Shown: positions 26,240 to 37,000 of the stretch, one piece after another
How positions within the stretch are numbered: position 1 is the first letter of the stretch
Layout: the number at the start of each line of letters is the position of its first letter
Position numbers and translations under genes: made by a program
Notes under the pieces: model-generated
What the model was told of the DNA's origin: nothing
Database searches by the model: none
The model's input: the letters and a program-made list of their open reading frames with translations, nothing else
Source of the DNA: Deltaproteobacteria bacterium
GTDB lineage: Bacteria > Desulfobacterota > Syntrophia > Syntrophales > UBA2210
Length of the DNA stretch: 64,000 nt
Direction: 5' to 3'
Assembly (NCBI GenBank): GCA_016933215.1
Contig: JAFGBH010000096.1
Span: 17,788 to 81,787, forward strand

Positions 26240-27811
26240 ATGGAATTTAATCTTATTGAGGAAAGATGGATTCCCATATGCAGGAAGAGCGGCAGAGAAG
26301 AACAAATAGCCCCGTGGGAGATTACCGATTCCTATGAATCGGATCCCGTTATATCGCTGAGTGTGCCCAGGCCCGATTTTAACGGTGCCCTCATTCAGTT
26401 TCTCATAGGACTGGTGCAGACGACGACGGCTCCGAAGGACGAGGATGAATGGGAAGATTGTTTCGACACGCCACCTTCACCCAATAAGCTAAAAGTAGCC
26501 TTCGAGACAGTTAAACACGCCTTTAATCTTGGGGGAAACGGTGCGCGTTTTATGCAGGACTTTGATGCAATAGAAACCACTCCGCAAAACATATCCGGCC
26601 TCCTTATAGATTCTCCCGGTGAAAATACTCTGAAAAACAACGCGGATCACTTTATAAAACGAGGCAACATAAGTTGTATGTGTCCATCCTGTGCGGCGAC
26701 AGCACTTTTCGCACTCCAGACAAATGCGCCTGCGGGAGGTGTAGGCTATCGGGTATCTCTTAGGGGAGGCGGGCCACTTACGACACTTGTTGTTGGTGGT
26801 AGTGAGGAGGCAAACAGCCTATGGCAAACTGTATGGCTGAACATTGTTGAGAAAAATGAATTTCTCAGGATCTGTTGCGATTCCAAAAAGAAAGATGATC
26901 CCGATATGTTTCCCTGGATGGCGAAAACACGGACCAGCGAAAAACATACCGGTCATGACACGACACCGGAAGACATTAACCCTGCACAGATGTTCTGGGG
27001 AATGCCACGGCGTATACGTTTGAACATCGACGATGCAAACCAAGGGATGTGTGACATATGTGGCAGTTCCTCCAAAGAGATCGTTGATACATATATAACA
27101 AAGAACCATGGGGTAAATTATGTCGGGCCGTTTTTACATCCTCTTTCCCCGCACAGCAGGCAGGATGGTGTTCCATTCCCTGTTCATGCCCAGCCAGGCG
27201 GCGTTACCTACCGTCACTGGTTGGGCCTTGTGCAGGCAGACAAAAAAAATAATCGTGAGCCGGCACTTGTGGTCAATAAATTTGTCTCTCGTCAAAGGAG
27301 TGACTGGCCCTTGCGTCTCTGGGCCTTTGGATACGATATGGATAACATGAAGGCACGTTGCTGGTACGAATCAACCATGCCGCTCCTGCCTCTCGAAAAG
27401 GAACTACGTGAAGGATATGAGGACAATATTGCCAGCATGGTCATGGCCGCTTCGGAAGCTGTCAAGAACCTCAGGAGCTGTGTAAAGGCAGCGTGGTTTA
27501 AGAGGACTAAGGATAAAAAAGGGGACATGAATTTTCTCAGTAATTGCTTCTGGCAGAAGACGGAAGATGATTTCTATACTGTGTTAAGCAAGCTTAAAGC
27601 CGCTCTCGAAGAAGGAGACGGTAGTGATTTGATTCGCCAAGATTGGCATAAATGCATCTGCCGAACTGCTCTGTCTCTATTCGACGAAGCTGCCTGGAAC
27701 GGTCCCATAGAAGATGCCGATCCGAAACGGGTTGTCCTCGCACGACAGGAATTAGAGAGAAAAAATAATAGTAAAAAAATTAGGGAAGAATTGCTTGATC
27801 TGCCAGAATAA
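26240..27811 (+). CDS. cas8e: Cascade large subunit Cse1/CasA (Cas8e)
   Basis: 523 aa. The N-terminus MEFNLIEERWIPI is like E. coli CasA (NLLIDNWIPV). It sits right after cas3. Confidence 0.9.
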   Translation: MEFNLIEERWIPICRKSGREEQIAPWEITDSYESDPVISLSVPRPDFNGALIQFLIGLVQTTTAPKDEDEWEDCFDTPPSPNKLKVAFETVKHAFNLGGNGARFMQDFDAIETTPQNISGLLIDSPGENTLKNNADHFIKRGNISCMCPSCAATALFALQTNAPAGGVGYRVSLRGGGPLTTLVVGGSEEANSLWQTVWLNIVEKNEFLRICCDSKKKDDPDMFPWMAKTRTSEKHTGHDTTPEDINPAQMFWGMPRRIRLNIDDANQGMCDICGSSSKEIVDTYITKNHGVNYVGPFLHPLSPHSRQDGVPFPVHAQPGGVTYRHWLGLVQADKKNNREPALVVNKFVSRQRSDWPLRLWAFGYDMDNMKARCWYESTMPLLPLEKELREGYEDNIASMVMAASEAVKNLRSCVKAAWFKRTKDKKGDMNFLSNCFWQKTEDDFYTVLSKLKAALEEGDGSDLIRQDWHKCICRTALSLFDEAAWNGPIEDADPKRVVLARQELERKNNSKKIREELLDLPE

Positions 27812-27865
27812 TCGTAACAAGGACTGTTTTTTTAAAACTCTTTTATAACGAAAGGAGGTGTTTTT

Positions 27866-28369
27866 ATGAATGAGGGAAAGTATCTCAGATTTTCGAAGGA
27901 TTCGCCGGAGAGCAAGGCGTTGCTCGAGTGGTGGCGAGGGTTGGAAAATAATCGGGGTGATCGTGCCGCCCTCCGACGCTGTCGCAGCCTTACAGAAGTG
28001 GTGTTTGTTCCTTCTTATCACCGTTTGAGGCAGGAATTACTTCATTTCGGAAATGTAGACAGCGAGGGACTTGCAATAACCGTGGCCCTTGCTGCCCAAG
28101 TGAAGGCAGACAACTCCGAGCATACCCTTGCCCAGCAAATGGCTCTTCCCAAAGCGGGCGGCTCTGCCAAGGTAAGCGGTTTACGTTTCCGGCGACTGCT
28201 CAAGATCCAGCGCAGGGAAGATATGTATCACGCTATGATTAGAATCATGGCACTTTTGGGGAGTTCGCTTAACCTTATAAGCTTGGCCGAAAGCGTTTAC
28301 TGGTGGAATGATCTTACGAGAAAAAAGTGGGCATTCGAGTATTACACAAACGCTCCATCAGAAAAATGA
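27866..28369 (+). CDS. cse2: Cascade small subunit Cse2/CasB (Cas11e)
   Basis: 167 aa. The segment LLEWWRGLENNRGDRAALRRCRSLTEV is Cse2-like. It is in the canonical position. Confidence 0.88.
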   Translation: MNEGKYLRFSKDSPESKALLEWWRGLENNRGDRAALRRCRSLTEVVFVPSYHRLRQELLHFGNVDSEGLAITVALAAQVKADNSEHTLAQQMALPKAGGSAKVSGLRFRRLLKIQRREDMYHAMIRIMALLGSSLNLISLAESVYWWNDLTRKKWAFEYYTNAPSEK

Positions 28370-28392
28370 TCCCCTTAGAAAGGAGAAAAAAC

Positions 28393-29463
28393 ATGAGTAG
28401 ATTTATTCAATTGCACCTGCTTACTTCGTATCCGCCGTCAAATCTTAACAGGGATGACCTGGGACGTCCCAAGACCGCAGTGATGGGAGGCAAAACGCGC
28501 CTCCGTATTTCATCGCAAAGTCTTAAGCGTGCGTGGCGCAAGTCGGATGTCTTTGAAGAAGCGCTGGAATATCATATGGGTACCAGAACAAAGCGTATGG
28601 GATTAAAGATATATAAGGCTTTTCTGGAGGAAAAAGTTCCAGACAAGAAGGCAAAGGACTGGGCAAAACAAATCGCAGGACAATTCGGAAAATGCAAGAA
28701 ACAGACGGATTCAAACCCGCTGGAAGACTTGGAGATAGAACAGTTAGCTCATTTCAGTCCTGAAGAAGAGAACGCTATAAATGTTCTGATCGGCAAACTG
28801 GCGCTCGGCAGCGAAGGTCCGGATGAAAATGACCTCAAACTTTTGACAAAACAGCAAAGCGCCGTCGATATTTCTATGTTTGGAAGAATGCTTGCGGACA
28901 GCCCGGCTTATAACATTGAGGCGGCTGTTCAGGTTGCTCACGCGATAACTGTCCATGAAGTCGCGGTTGAAGACGATTATTTCACCGCTGTTGATGATCT
29001 GAACGAAGGCGAGGAGGATATGGGTGCCGGACATATCGGTGAGACCGAGTTCGCTGCCGGTGTGTATTATCTGTATGTGTGTATAAATAAAGAACTCCTG
29101 GTGAAAAATCTTAATGGTAATAAAGAGCTTGCCGACAAAGCCGTTGCCGCTCTTGTTGAAGCAGCCTCAAAAGTAGCGCCGACAGGCAAACAGAATAGTT
29201 TTGCCTCCCGCGCATATGCCTCCTACATTATGGCTGAAAAAGGTGATCAACAACCACGTTCGCTCTCCGTGGCCTACTTGAAGCCGGTTCGCGGAGATAA
29301 CGGGAGCGGTATTATGGCCGTTGCAATAAGAGAACTGGAAGAAAATCGAAGCAGGATGGAGAAAGTATATGGTCCGTGCGCCGATGAGTGTAAAAGCATG
29401 AACGCGGAGACAGGTGCGGGTGAGGGAAGCCTGAACGAGATAATCAACTTTATAAAGGAGTAA
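28393..29463 (+). CDS. cas7: Cascade backbone subunit Cas7e (CasC/Cse4)
   Basis: The ATG at 28393 is preceded by AGGAG. MSRFIQLHLLTSYPPSNLNRDDLGRPK...RISSQSLKRAWR closely parallels E. coli CasC. Confidence 0.93.
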   Translation: MSRFIQLHLLTSYPPSNLNRDDLGRPKTAVMGGKTRLRISSQSLKRAWRKSDVFEEALEYHMGTRTKRMGLKIYKAFLEEKVPDKKAKDWAKQIAGQFGKCKKQTDSNPLEDLEIEQLAHFSPEEENAINVLIGKLALGSEGPDENDLKLLTKQQSAVDISMFGRMLADSPAYNIEAAVQVAHAITVHEVAVEDDYFTAVDDLNEGEEDMGAGHIGETEFAAGVYYLYVCINKELLVKNLNGNKELADKAVAALVEAASKVAPTGKQNSFASRAYASYIMAEKGDQQPRSLSVAYLKPVRGDNGSGIMAVAIRELEENRSRMEKVYGPCADECKSMNAETGAGEGSLNEIINFIKE

Positions 29464-29469
29464 AAACCC

Positions 29470-30195
29470 ATGCGTGAATATCTTATGTTTAGACTTTACG
29501 GTCCAATGGCCTCTTGGGGCGATATCGCGGTGGGCGAATACCGGCCAAGCTACGCGCATCCGAGCAAATCGGCGGTACTGGGCATACTTGCCGCTGCCGT
29601 GGGCATGCGTCGCGAAGAAGAAGACAAACAGCGACAATTTGCCGATTCATACGGCTTTGCCGTACAGGTTCATGCCGCCGGGACACTCTTGCGCGATTAT
29701 CATACAATACAGGTGCCACCGAAACAAAGGGGTGTAAAGCATGCTACACGTCGTTCGGAACTTTTGGCCCCCCAACTGAACACCATCCTTTCAAGTCGAG
29801 ATTATAGGTGCGATGCCTTTTATACCATTGCAATCTGGGATCTCGTCGAACATCCGCCTTACAGCCTTGGTGAACTTGCCTCATCTCTCGCGTGTCCAGT
29901 ATTCACCATTTACCTCGGGCGTAAATCATGTCCGCCGTCACTCTCCATGCAAGCCCGCACTATAAGAGCGGAAAATCTAAAACAGGCCTTTTTGAATGTT
30001 AACTTCTCCGATAAGGATATACCGTCTGGTTTGCCAAAGAGCGGGCATATTGCGACCTACTGGGAAGGTAGCGATAGCGGTTTTGAAAGCGAACATGTCA
30101 TTATTCGTCGCGATAATCCTACAAGCCGCCGTCGGTGGCAGTTCGCGGATCGTGAAGAACGGTATGCGGGTGTTGCATCGGTGAAGGAGGGATAG
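29470..30195 (+). CDS. cas5: Cascade subunit Cas5e (CasD)
   Basis: 241 aa. MREYLMFRLYGPMASWGDIAVGEYRPS...SKSAVLGILAAAVG parallels E. coli CasD. Confidence 0.93.
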   Translation: MREYLMFRLYGPMASWGDIAVGEYRPSYAHPSKSAVLGILAAAVGMRREEEDKQRQFADSYGFAVQVHAAGTLLRDYHTIQVPPKQRGVKHATRRSELLAPQLNTILSSRDYRCDAFYTIAIWDLVEHPPYSLGELASSLACPVFTIYLGRKSCPPSLSMQARTIRAENLKQAFLNVNFSDKDIPSGLPKSGHIATYWEGSDSGFESEHVIIRRDNPTSRRRWQFADREERYAGVASVKEG

Positions 30196-30199
30196 GAAT

Positions 30200-30883
30200 A
30201 TGTATATGAGCAGGATTAAATTAAAGCGGGATGCGCCAAGTGTGAAGGAACTTGTGAAATTGCTGAGCGGCGATGGATATCAGGCACATCGCCTCATATG
30301 GAACCTTTATGCGGACACCAAGGAGAGAAAAAGGGATTTTCTTTACAGACAAGAGGGAGACGGTATTTGGCCCTTTTTCTATGCGGTATCGGAACGTTTC
30401 CCCATAGACAAAACCGGTACGTGGCAGATTGATTCTAAGAGCTACTCTCCGAAGTTATCAAAAGGGCAGCCACTATCCTTCGTCATTCGTGTTAATCCGA
30501 TTCGAGCAAAAAGAGATGAGCAAAACAAACTGCACAGACATGATATCGTAATGGATGCTAAAACCCATGCAAAGCAACAAGGAAACAGATTCGGCGGAGA
30601 TAAATCGCTGGCTGATCTGATTCAGGAAGAAGGCGCAAAATGGCTTGACGCGCGGTCGGAAAGATATGGATTTTCCATAGATCACAGCCATATTCGCGCA
30701 GACGGATACCGGCAACACGTTGTATATAAAAGAAAAGCCACATCTCCGATCCGCCTCAGCTCGCTGGATATTGGCGGAGTCCTTACCGTCATCGAACCGG
30801 ACCTCTTTGTAAAAACACTGCATACGGGCATCGGCCCAGCAAAGGGGTTTGGCTGCGGACTGATGCTGGTAAAAAGGATTTAA
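30200..30883 (+). CDS. cas6e: CRISPR RNA endoribonuclease Cas6e (CasE)
   Basis: 227 aa. The C-terminus GIGPAKGFGCGLMLV matches the CasE signature GIGPAKSMGCGLL. Confidence 0.93.
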   Translation: MYMSRIKLKRDAPSVKELVKLLSGDGYQAHRLIWNLYADTKERKRDFLYRQEGDGIWPFFYAVSERFPIDKTGTWQIDSKSYSPKLSKGQPLSFVIRVNPIRAKRDEQNKLHRHDIVMDAKTHAKQQGNRFGGDKSLADLIQEEGAKWLDARSERYGFSIDHSHIRADGYRQHVVYKRKATSPIRLSSLDIGGVLTVIEPDLFVKTLHTGIGPAKGFGCGLMLVKRI

Positions 30884-30885
30884 TC

Positions 30886-32107
<1,222 letters not shown>

Positions 32108-32167
32108 AAAGTTGGTAGAAAGTATCGATCTTTGAAAACTTAATATTGCCGAATATATACGAGAAGT
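32108..32167 (+). promoter_or_regulatory. CRISPR leader (60-bp AT-rich spacer between cas2 stop and first repeat)
   Basis: The position and AT-richness are as in E. coli-type I-E loci. No motif could be verified. Confidence 0.55.
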
Positions 32168-32989
32168 ATGTTCCCCGCATACGCGGGGATGAACCGGTAT
32201 CCATCAGCGGCATTGGTATCTATAACAAATGTTCCCCGCATACGCGGGGATGAACCGAACCGAGAACCGACATAACCGTAACGTGGGAAATGTTCCCCGC
32301 ATACGCGGGGATGAACCGGCGATACTGGATGGCAGAAAGACCGTCACCCGATGTTCCCCGCATACGCGGGGATGAACCGATACACCAATTAAATAAGCCT
32401 TATTATAACTAATGTTCCCCGCATACGCGGGGATGAACCGCATTATTTTGTTATTAACCTCCAAAAAAGGGGATGTTCCCCGCATACGCGGGGATGAACC
32501 GTCCTGTAATATGTTGCTGTCTTTATAGAGGTCATGTTCCCCGCATACGCGGGGATGAACCGTAGCTCCCGCAAGTCTATCCTGGGCTATAGTAATGTTC
32601 CCCGCATACGCGGGGATGAACCGCTATTGGAATAGTTCGCCTTTTTATAGTTCATATGTTCCCCGCATACGCGGGGATGAACCGACATTTGATCTTGTCC
32701 TTCGGCTCGTACTCATATGTTCCCCGCATACGCGGGGATGAACCGCCTTTTAGCGCGTCCTTCAGGTGACGGTGAAAATGTTCCCCGCATACGCGGGGAT
32801 GAACCGTTCCCGAATTTCGTCTACTAAGTCAATCGGATATGTTCCCCGCATACGCGGGGATGAACCGGGAAAATACAATGTCTTAACTACTCTGAAGGCA
32901 TGTTCCCCGCATACGCGGGGATGAACCGCTACGGTAGACGAGTCGCCTGTGTCAACGGTAATGTTCCCCGCATACGCGGGGATGAACCG
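32168..32989 (+). CRISPR. Type I-E CRISPR array, 14 repeats / 13 spacers
   Basis: The 29-nt repeat ATGTTCCCCGCATACGCGGGGATGAACCG recurs at an exact 61-nt period (32168, 32229 ... 32961). All 14 copies are identical, and the spacers are all 32 nt. The repeat has the I-E stem CCCCGC/GCGGGG. Confidence 0.97.
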
Positions 32990-33184
32990 CCGGTCGTATA
33001 TCCTATATGCAACGTTGGCGGAGACTCTTGGCGATGAAAACTCGGTGGATGCAATATTAATATGACGGGCCTGGTATGATTTCTGTTATTGATTGCCACC
33101 TACAATCAATAAACGATTATTACTTCCAAGATTCATTTATTACAGGAAGAACTTGTCCTCTGTCGAATTATCAGGAGAGGTTTA

Positions 33185-33212
33185 TTGACACTCGTCACCA
33201 TGATGTTATAAT
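33185..33212 (+). promoter_or_regulatory. Near-consensus sigma70 promoter (TTGACA-N16-TGtTATAAT) driving sRNA-like copy 2
   Basis: TTGACA is at 33185-33190, the extended -10 TGT at 33204-33206 and TATAAT at 33207-33212. Confidence 0.5.
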
Positions 33213-33218
33213 TGCGAA

Positions 33219-33323
33219 GAATTGGGACCATGTCCCTCCTTTTGTATGCATCTCATGCTAATCTACAGTTATTCGCTTCACGGTCCCGGGCTATACAGCG
33301 TCGTAGCTCGGGACCACTTTTTT
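33219..33323 (+). ncRNA. Putative small RNA, copy 2
   Basis: Hairpin GGGAC-cat-GTCCC (33224-33236) is followed by the CCTCCTTTTGTA block (33235-33246). The terminator GGTCCCGGGCT/AGCTCGGGACC (33282-33315) plus T6 is identical to copy 1. Confidence 0.4.
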
Positions 33324-33588
33324 CAAGCTTGCATATTCAGAGAGAATAGGCGTTGCAAACTTTCAGAAAGAAGCTTTTATTAGGTAACTCATTTTCAGAA
33401 AGATATTTTTTCGTGACAAAGAATATACAGGCAAGATAAGGGGAACTTCCGGGTTTAGAGTGTAACTAAAATGTAACTGTCAAAACCTAAAATAACCTCA
33501 CAAAACCAAAGATGATTAAAATTGGCTTTTGTAAGTAGTTGATATGCAAATAATTAAAATTGGTAGCGAATCGTCTGATTTTCTTTTA

Positions 33589-33675
33589 GGACTGAAAATC
33601 CCGGTGTCGGCAGTTCGATTCTGCCCTGACCCACCATTGATATGAAGGGGTTAGCCACTTTGGCTGGCCCCTTTT
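33589..33675 (+). repeat. attR: duplicated 3' fragment of tRNA-Phe (not a functional tRNA) plus downstream hairpin region
   Basis: It is identical to 13600-13650 over 51 bp and then imperfect. It lacks the 5' acceptor, D arm and 5' anticodon-stem strand. Confidence 0.85.
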
Positions 33676-33884
33676 TGGTTCTTCCTGGTTTCTTTCGAAA
33701 TCAATGGCGAAAAGGGAAGAATAGTGGCTGTGGTTCCTTACAATTACTGAGAAATTGAGCTTCTTTTTCGTTGATTTATCCACCCATTGCTGATATAGGC
33801 TTTGGGCCTGAATTTCAGTAAAATCAATGGCCACAAATCACCACAAGCCATTCAGGACTGCCACATATATCATAAGGATTTGAA

Positions 33885-35180
33885 ATGGAACGATTCCACG
33901 GCAAAAAAGAAAAATGCCTTCACAACAATGCGGGGGGTATTGCCGATTCCCCGTTAAAGATCTGCATTCTCACCTACAGAGGAAACCCCACCTGCGGCGG
34001 CCAGGGAGTATATGTAAAGAGGTTGAGCACTGCACTTCGGGATCTGGGACACAGCGTCGACGTGGTATCCGGTCCGCCCTATCCTCAATTGGATGACGGC
34101 GTAACCCTTCGAAAACTGCCAAGCCTGGACCTCTATAACCCTGATGACCTTTTCAGAGTTCCAAGCCTCAAGGAACTAACATCACCCATTAATCTCCTTG
34201 AATGGCTCGGGGTTTCGAGCGGTGGTTTTCCCGAACCCCTCACCTTCAGCCTGAGGGCTTACAATCTCTTCCGTAATAACGGACACGCCTATGACATCAT
34301 CCATGATAATCAATGTCTTGGCTACGGGCTGCTCGGCATCAATGCACTCGGGTTACCGCTGGTCGCCACGATCCACCATCCGATTACAGTGGACAGAGAC
34401 GTGGAGGTCGAGGCTGAAAGGCAATCCTGGAGAAAGCTGAAGGTCCTCAGATGGTATTCTTTCCTCGTCATGCAGGGAAGAACCTCGAGAAAGCTCTCGC
34501 ACATCATAACCGTTTCAGAGGCATCAAAAAAGGATATCGGCGGCGCATTCAGAATTCCCGCACGGAAATTCCGTGTCATTGCAAACGGAATCAATACGGA
34601 AACATTTTATCCCGAACCGGGTATAAAACGGCTTGAAAACCGTCTCATGGTAACGAACAGTGCCGATACACCACTCAAAGGACTCAGATACCTTCTTGAG
34701 GCGGTCGCTAACATACGAAAAAAACGTGCTATAACCCTTACCGTCATTGGCCAGCCCAAAAAGGGCGGTGTTATTGATACTCTCGTCAGAGACCTCGGTC
34801 TCGGAGACTGCGTCACATTCACCGGTCGAATTGACGATAATGAGTTCGCACGCTACTACGCTGAGGCAACAATGGCGGTTGTGCCCTCTATCTATGAAGG
34901 TTTCGGGCTCCCCGCCGGAGAGGCAATGGCATGCGGAGTACCGGTGATAAGCACCACGGGTGGCGCCCTTCCCGAGGTGGTGGGAGACGCAGGAATTCTC
35001 CTCCCCCCCGGTAACGCGAAGGCTCTGGAAAAGGCCATTGTAAACCTCCTCGATAATCCCGAAAAACGCGAGACTCTGGGAAGAGCCGGGTATAAAAGGG
35101 TTCTGAATAATTTTACATGGCGCAATACAGCAACGAATGTCGTTGATGTCTACCGAGAGGCCATCGATGCTCACCGTTGA
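33885..35180 (+). CDS. Glycosyltransferase, GT4 family (glycosyl transferases group 1)
   Basis: 431 aa. The N-terminus is ICILTYRGNPTCGGQGVYVKRLSTALRDLGHSVDVV and the C-terminal EX7E region is PSIYEGFGLPAGEAMACGVPVI. Confidence 0.85.
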   Translation: MERFHGKKEKCLHNNAGGIADSPLKICILTYRGNPTCGGQGVYVKRLSTALRDLGHSVDVVSGPPYPQLDDGVTLRKLPSLDLYNPDDLFRVPSLKELTSPINLLEWLGVSSGGFPEPLTFSLRAYNLFRNNGHAYDIIHDNQCLGYGLLGINALGLPLVATIHHPITVDRDVEVEAERQSWRKLKVLRWYSFLVMQGRTSRKLSHIITVSEASKKDIGGAFRIPARKFRVIANGINTETFYPEPGIKRLENRLMVTNSADTPLKGLRYLLEAVANIRKKRAITLTVIGQPKKGGVIDTLVRDLGLGDCVTFTGRIDDNEFARYYAEATMAVVPSIYEGFGLPAGEAMACGVPVISTTGGALPEVVGDAGILLPPGNAKALEKAIVNLLDNPEKRETLGRAGYKRVLNNFTWRNTATNVVDVYREAIDAHR

Positions 35181-35892
35181 TTTCAAAAAACTTGACCTTT
35201 CTCCCGGATTTCGTGTATTAGATGCAGGTTGCGGCGCAGGACGTCACCTCAGCGAGGCGTTCAGATACAAGGGCATCCACGTCGTCGGCATCGACCTCAA
35301 CAGAGAGGATGTTGTCACGGCGAAGAACACCCTGAAAATCATGCAGCACAAGGGGGAAGACGGGGGAGGGTCGTGGTTCGTTGCGAGAAGCGATATCACG
35401 CATATCCCATTTGAAGACGAATCCTTCGATATCGTTATATGCTCAGAGGTCCTTGAACACATTTACGCGCAGGAAAGGGCCGCTCGAGAGATAATCCGTG
35501 TATTAAAAACGGGAAAATCTTTAATAGTCAGTGTTCCACGTTATTTTCCCGAACGAATATGCTGGGCACTTTCCGAGGACTACCACACGGAAGAGGGGGG
35601 GCATATCAGGATATACAAGAGAAACGAGCTTGTGAAGCTGCTTGAGGGGGCAGGCGCCAGATGCATCTCGAAGGACTTCGCACATTCTCTCCACAGTCCC
35701 TACTGGTGGCTCAAATGCCTCGTGGGACATAAGAATGACAAGTCACCTCTTGTGAGGCTCTACCATAAATTTCTGGTCTGGGACATCATGAAAAAGCCAC
35801 TCCTCACACGAACGCTGGACAGGGTGTTAAACCCTTTCATAGCAAAGAGCATTGTATTATACCTAAAAAAGGGGAACCATTATGGAGCTTGA
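35167..35892 (+). CDS. Class I SAM-dependent methyltransferase (Methyltransf_11-like)
   Basis: It has the motif VLDAGCGAGRHL and CSEVLEHI. The start ATG 35167 (MLTVDFKK) is preferred over the ORF-track 35137. Confidence 0.8.
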   Translation: MLTVDFKKLDLSPGFRVLDAGCGAGRHLSEAFRYKGIHVVGIDLNREDVVTAKNTLKIMQHKGEDGGGSWFVARSDITHIPFEDESFDIVICSEVLEHIYAQERAAREIIRVLKTGKSLIVSVPRYFPERICWALSEDYHTEEGGHIRIYKRNELVKLLEGAGARCISKDFAHSLHSPYWWLKCLVGHKNDKSPLVRLYHKFLVWDIMKKPLLTRTLDRVLNPFIAKSIVLYLKKGNHYGA

Positions 35893-37000
35893 AATATCCC
35901 GTCGCGATTATTCCCTGCCGGTACAGGTAGAGTTACTCGCTTCTTCGATAGCTGATGTTCAGAAAGAAAGCGGGGAAATTCCCTGGCACGAAGGTGGAAA
36001 AACCGATCCCTGGGATCACGTTGAAGCTGCCATAGGGCTCAGCATCGGCGGATACTTTAAAGAAGCGAGAAGGGCCTTTGAGTGGTTGAAACAAACACAG
36101 CTTGATGACGGTTCCTGGTACTCCGCCTACAGAGATGAAAAACCGGAGGACATGACAAAAGAGAGCAACATGTCCTCATATATAGCCGTGGGGCTCTATC
36201 ACTATTATCTCATAACGAATGACAGGAAATTTCTTTCCTCCATGTGGCCCACCATGTCGGCCGGAATAGATTATGCGATAGGCCTTCAGGCACAAAGTGG
36301 TGAAATCTATTGGGCACGCAATCCACAGTGCATCGTAGACCCGATGGCGCTTCTGACGGGATCAAGTTCCGTTTTCATGAGCATAAAATGTGCACTTGCC
36401 ATTGCGTCGCTTCTGGGTCATGAAAAACCTGAGTGGCAGATGACGCTCAAAAAACTCGGTAATGCCATCCGAAGCAGACCGCATCTTTTTAACATGGAAA
36501 AGTCCCGCTTTTCCATGGACTGGTTCTACCCGGTGTTATGCGGAGCAATAACCGGTGATGAGGCCTGCAGCCGCATTGAAAAATCGTGGGATATCTTTGT
36601 CGTTGAAGATTTAGGGGTACGCTGCGTCTCCGACGAACCGTGGGTTACCATGGCAGAAACATCCGAGCTTGCACTGACGCTGATGGCTATCGGTAAGAAG
36701 GAGCTCGCCGAAACCATATTAAAATCAATAGACGACAAGAAATTTGATGACGGTTCCTACTGGTGTGGCGTAACCTTCCCCGCCAATATCATATGGCCGG
36801 AGGAAAAGACAACCTGGACAAATGCTGCAGTGCTTCTCGCAGCTGACGCAATTTATAATATCACTCCCGCCTCTTGCCTTTTCAACCATGCCTTCTGGGA
36901 ACAGCAAAATGCACGACAGTCTCAATCGAGACTGGACACAAAGGAACGGCATAGATTGTTCAGCAGGGAAGATACAGTCATCTCTCCTCAAAGAACGTGA
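35882..37000 (+). CDS. Prenyltransferase / squalene-oxidase-repeat (alpha-alpha toroid) protein
   Basis: 372 aa. QW-like repeats WLKQTQLDDGSWYS and KKFDDGSYWCG suggest a terpenoid cyclase / protein prenyltransferase fold. Confidence 0.65.
   Translation: MELEISRRDYSLPVQVELLASSIADVQKESGEIPWHEGGKTDPWDHVEAAIGLSIGGYFKEARRAFEWLKQTQLDDGSWYSAYRDEKPEDMTKESNMSSYIAVGLYHYYLITNDRKFLSSMWPTMSAGIDYAIGLQAQSGEIYWARNPQCIVDPMALLTGSSSVFMSIKCALAIASLLGHEKPEWQMTLKKLGNAIRSRPHLFNMEKSRFSMDWFYPVLCGAITGDEACSRIEKSWDIFVVEDLGVRCVSDEPWVTMAETSELALTLMAIGKKELAETILKSIDDKKFDDGSYWCGVTFPANIIWPEEKTTWTNAAVLLAADAIYNITPASCLFNHAFWEQQNARQSQSRLDTKERHRLFSREDTVISPQRT

Noticed and set aside
32204-32485. 93-aa minus-strand ORF across the CRISPR array
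   Set aside because: It is an artefact of the repeats: the periodic peptide segments (FIPAYAGN, SPRMRGT/HPRVCGE) are just translated repeat units.
33022-33050. Possible degenerate 15th CRISPR repeat after the last spacer-length interval
   Set aside because: Position-by-position comparison with the 29-nt repeat gives only a handful of matches. A GGCGATGAAAAC stretch nearby is out of register. The array therefore ends at 32989.
33076-33261. 61-aa plus-strand ORF downstream of the CRISPR array
   Set aside because: It contains the near-consensus promoter of sRNA-like copy 2 within its coding sequence and ends inside the putative transcript. There is no SD and no homology signal.
33589-33639. 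Possible second tRNA-Phe gene
   Set aside because: Only the 3' 48 nt are present: the anticodon loop, the 3' strand of the anticodon stem, the variable loop, the T arm and the 3' acceptor strand with CCA. No 5' acceptor strand or D arm precedes it, so it is the att duplication, not a gene.
33586-33834. 82-aa minus-strand ORF at the island junction
   Set aside because: It reads straight through the tRNA fragment and att hairpin. It has no SD or homology signal and is most likely spurious.
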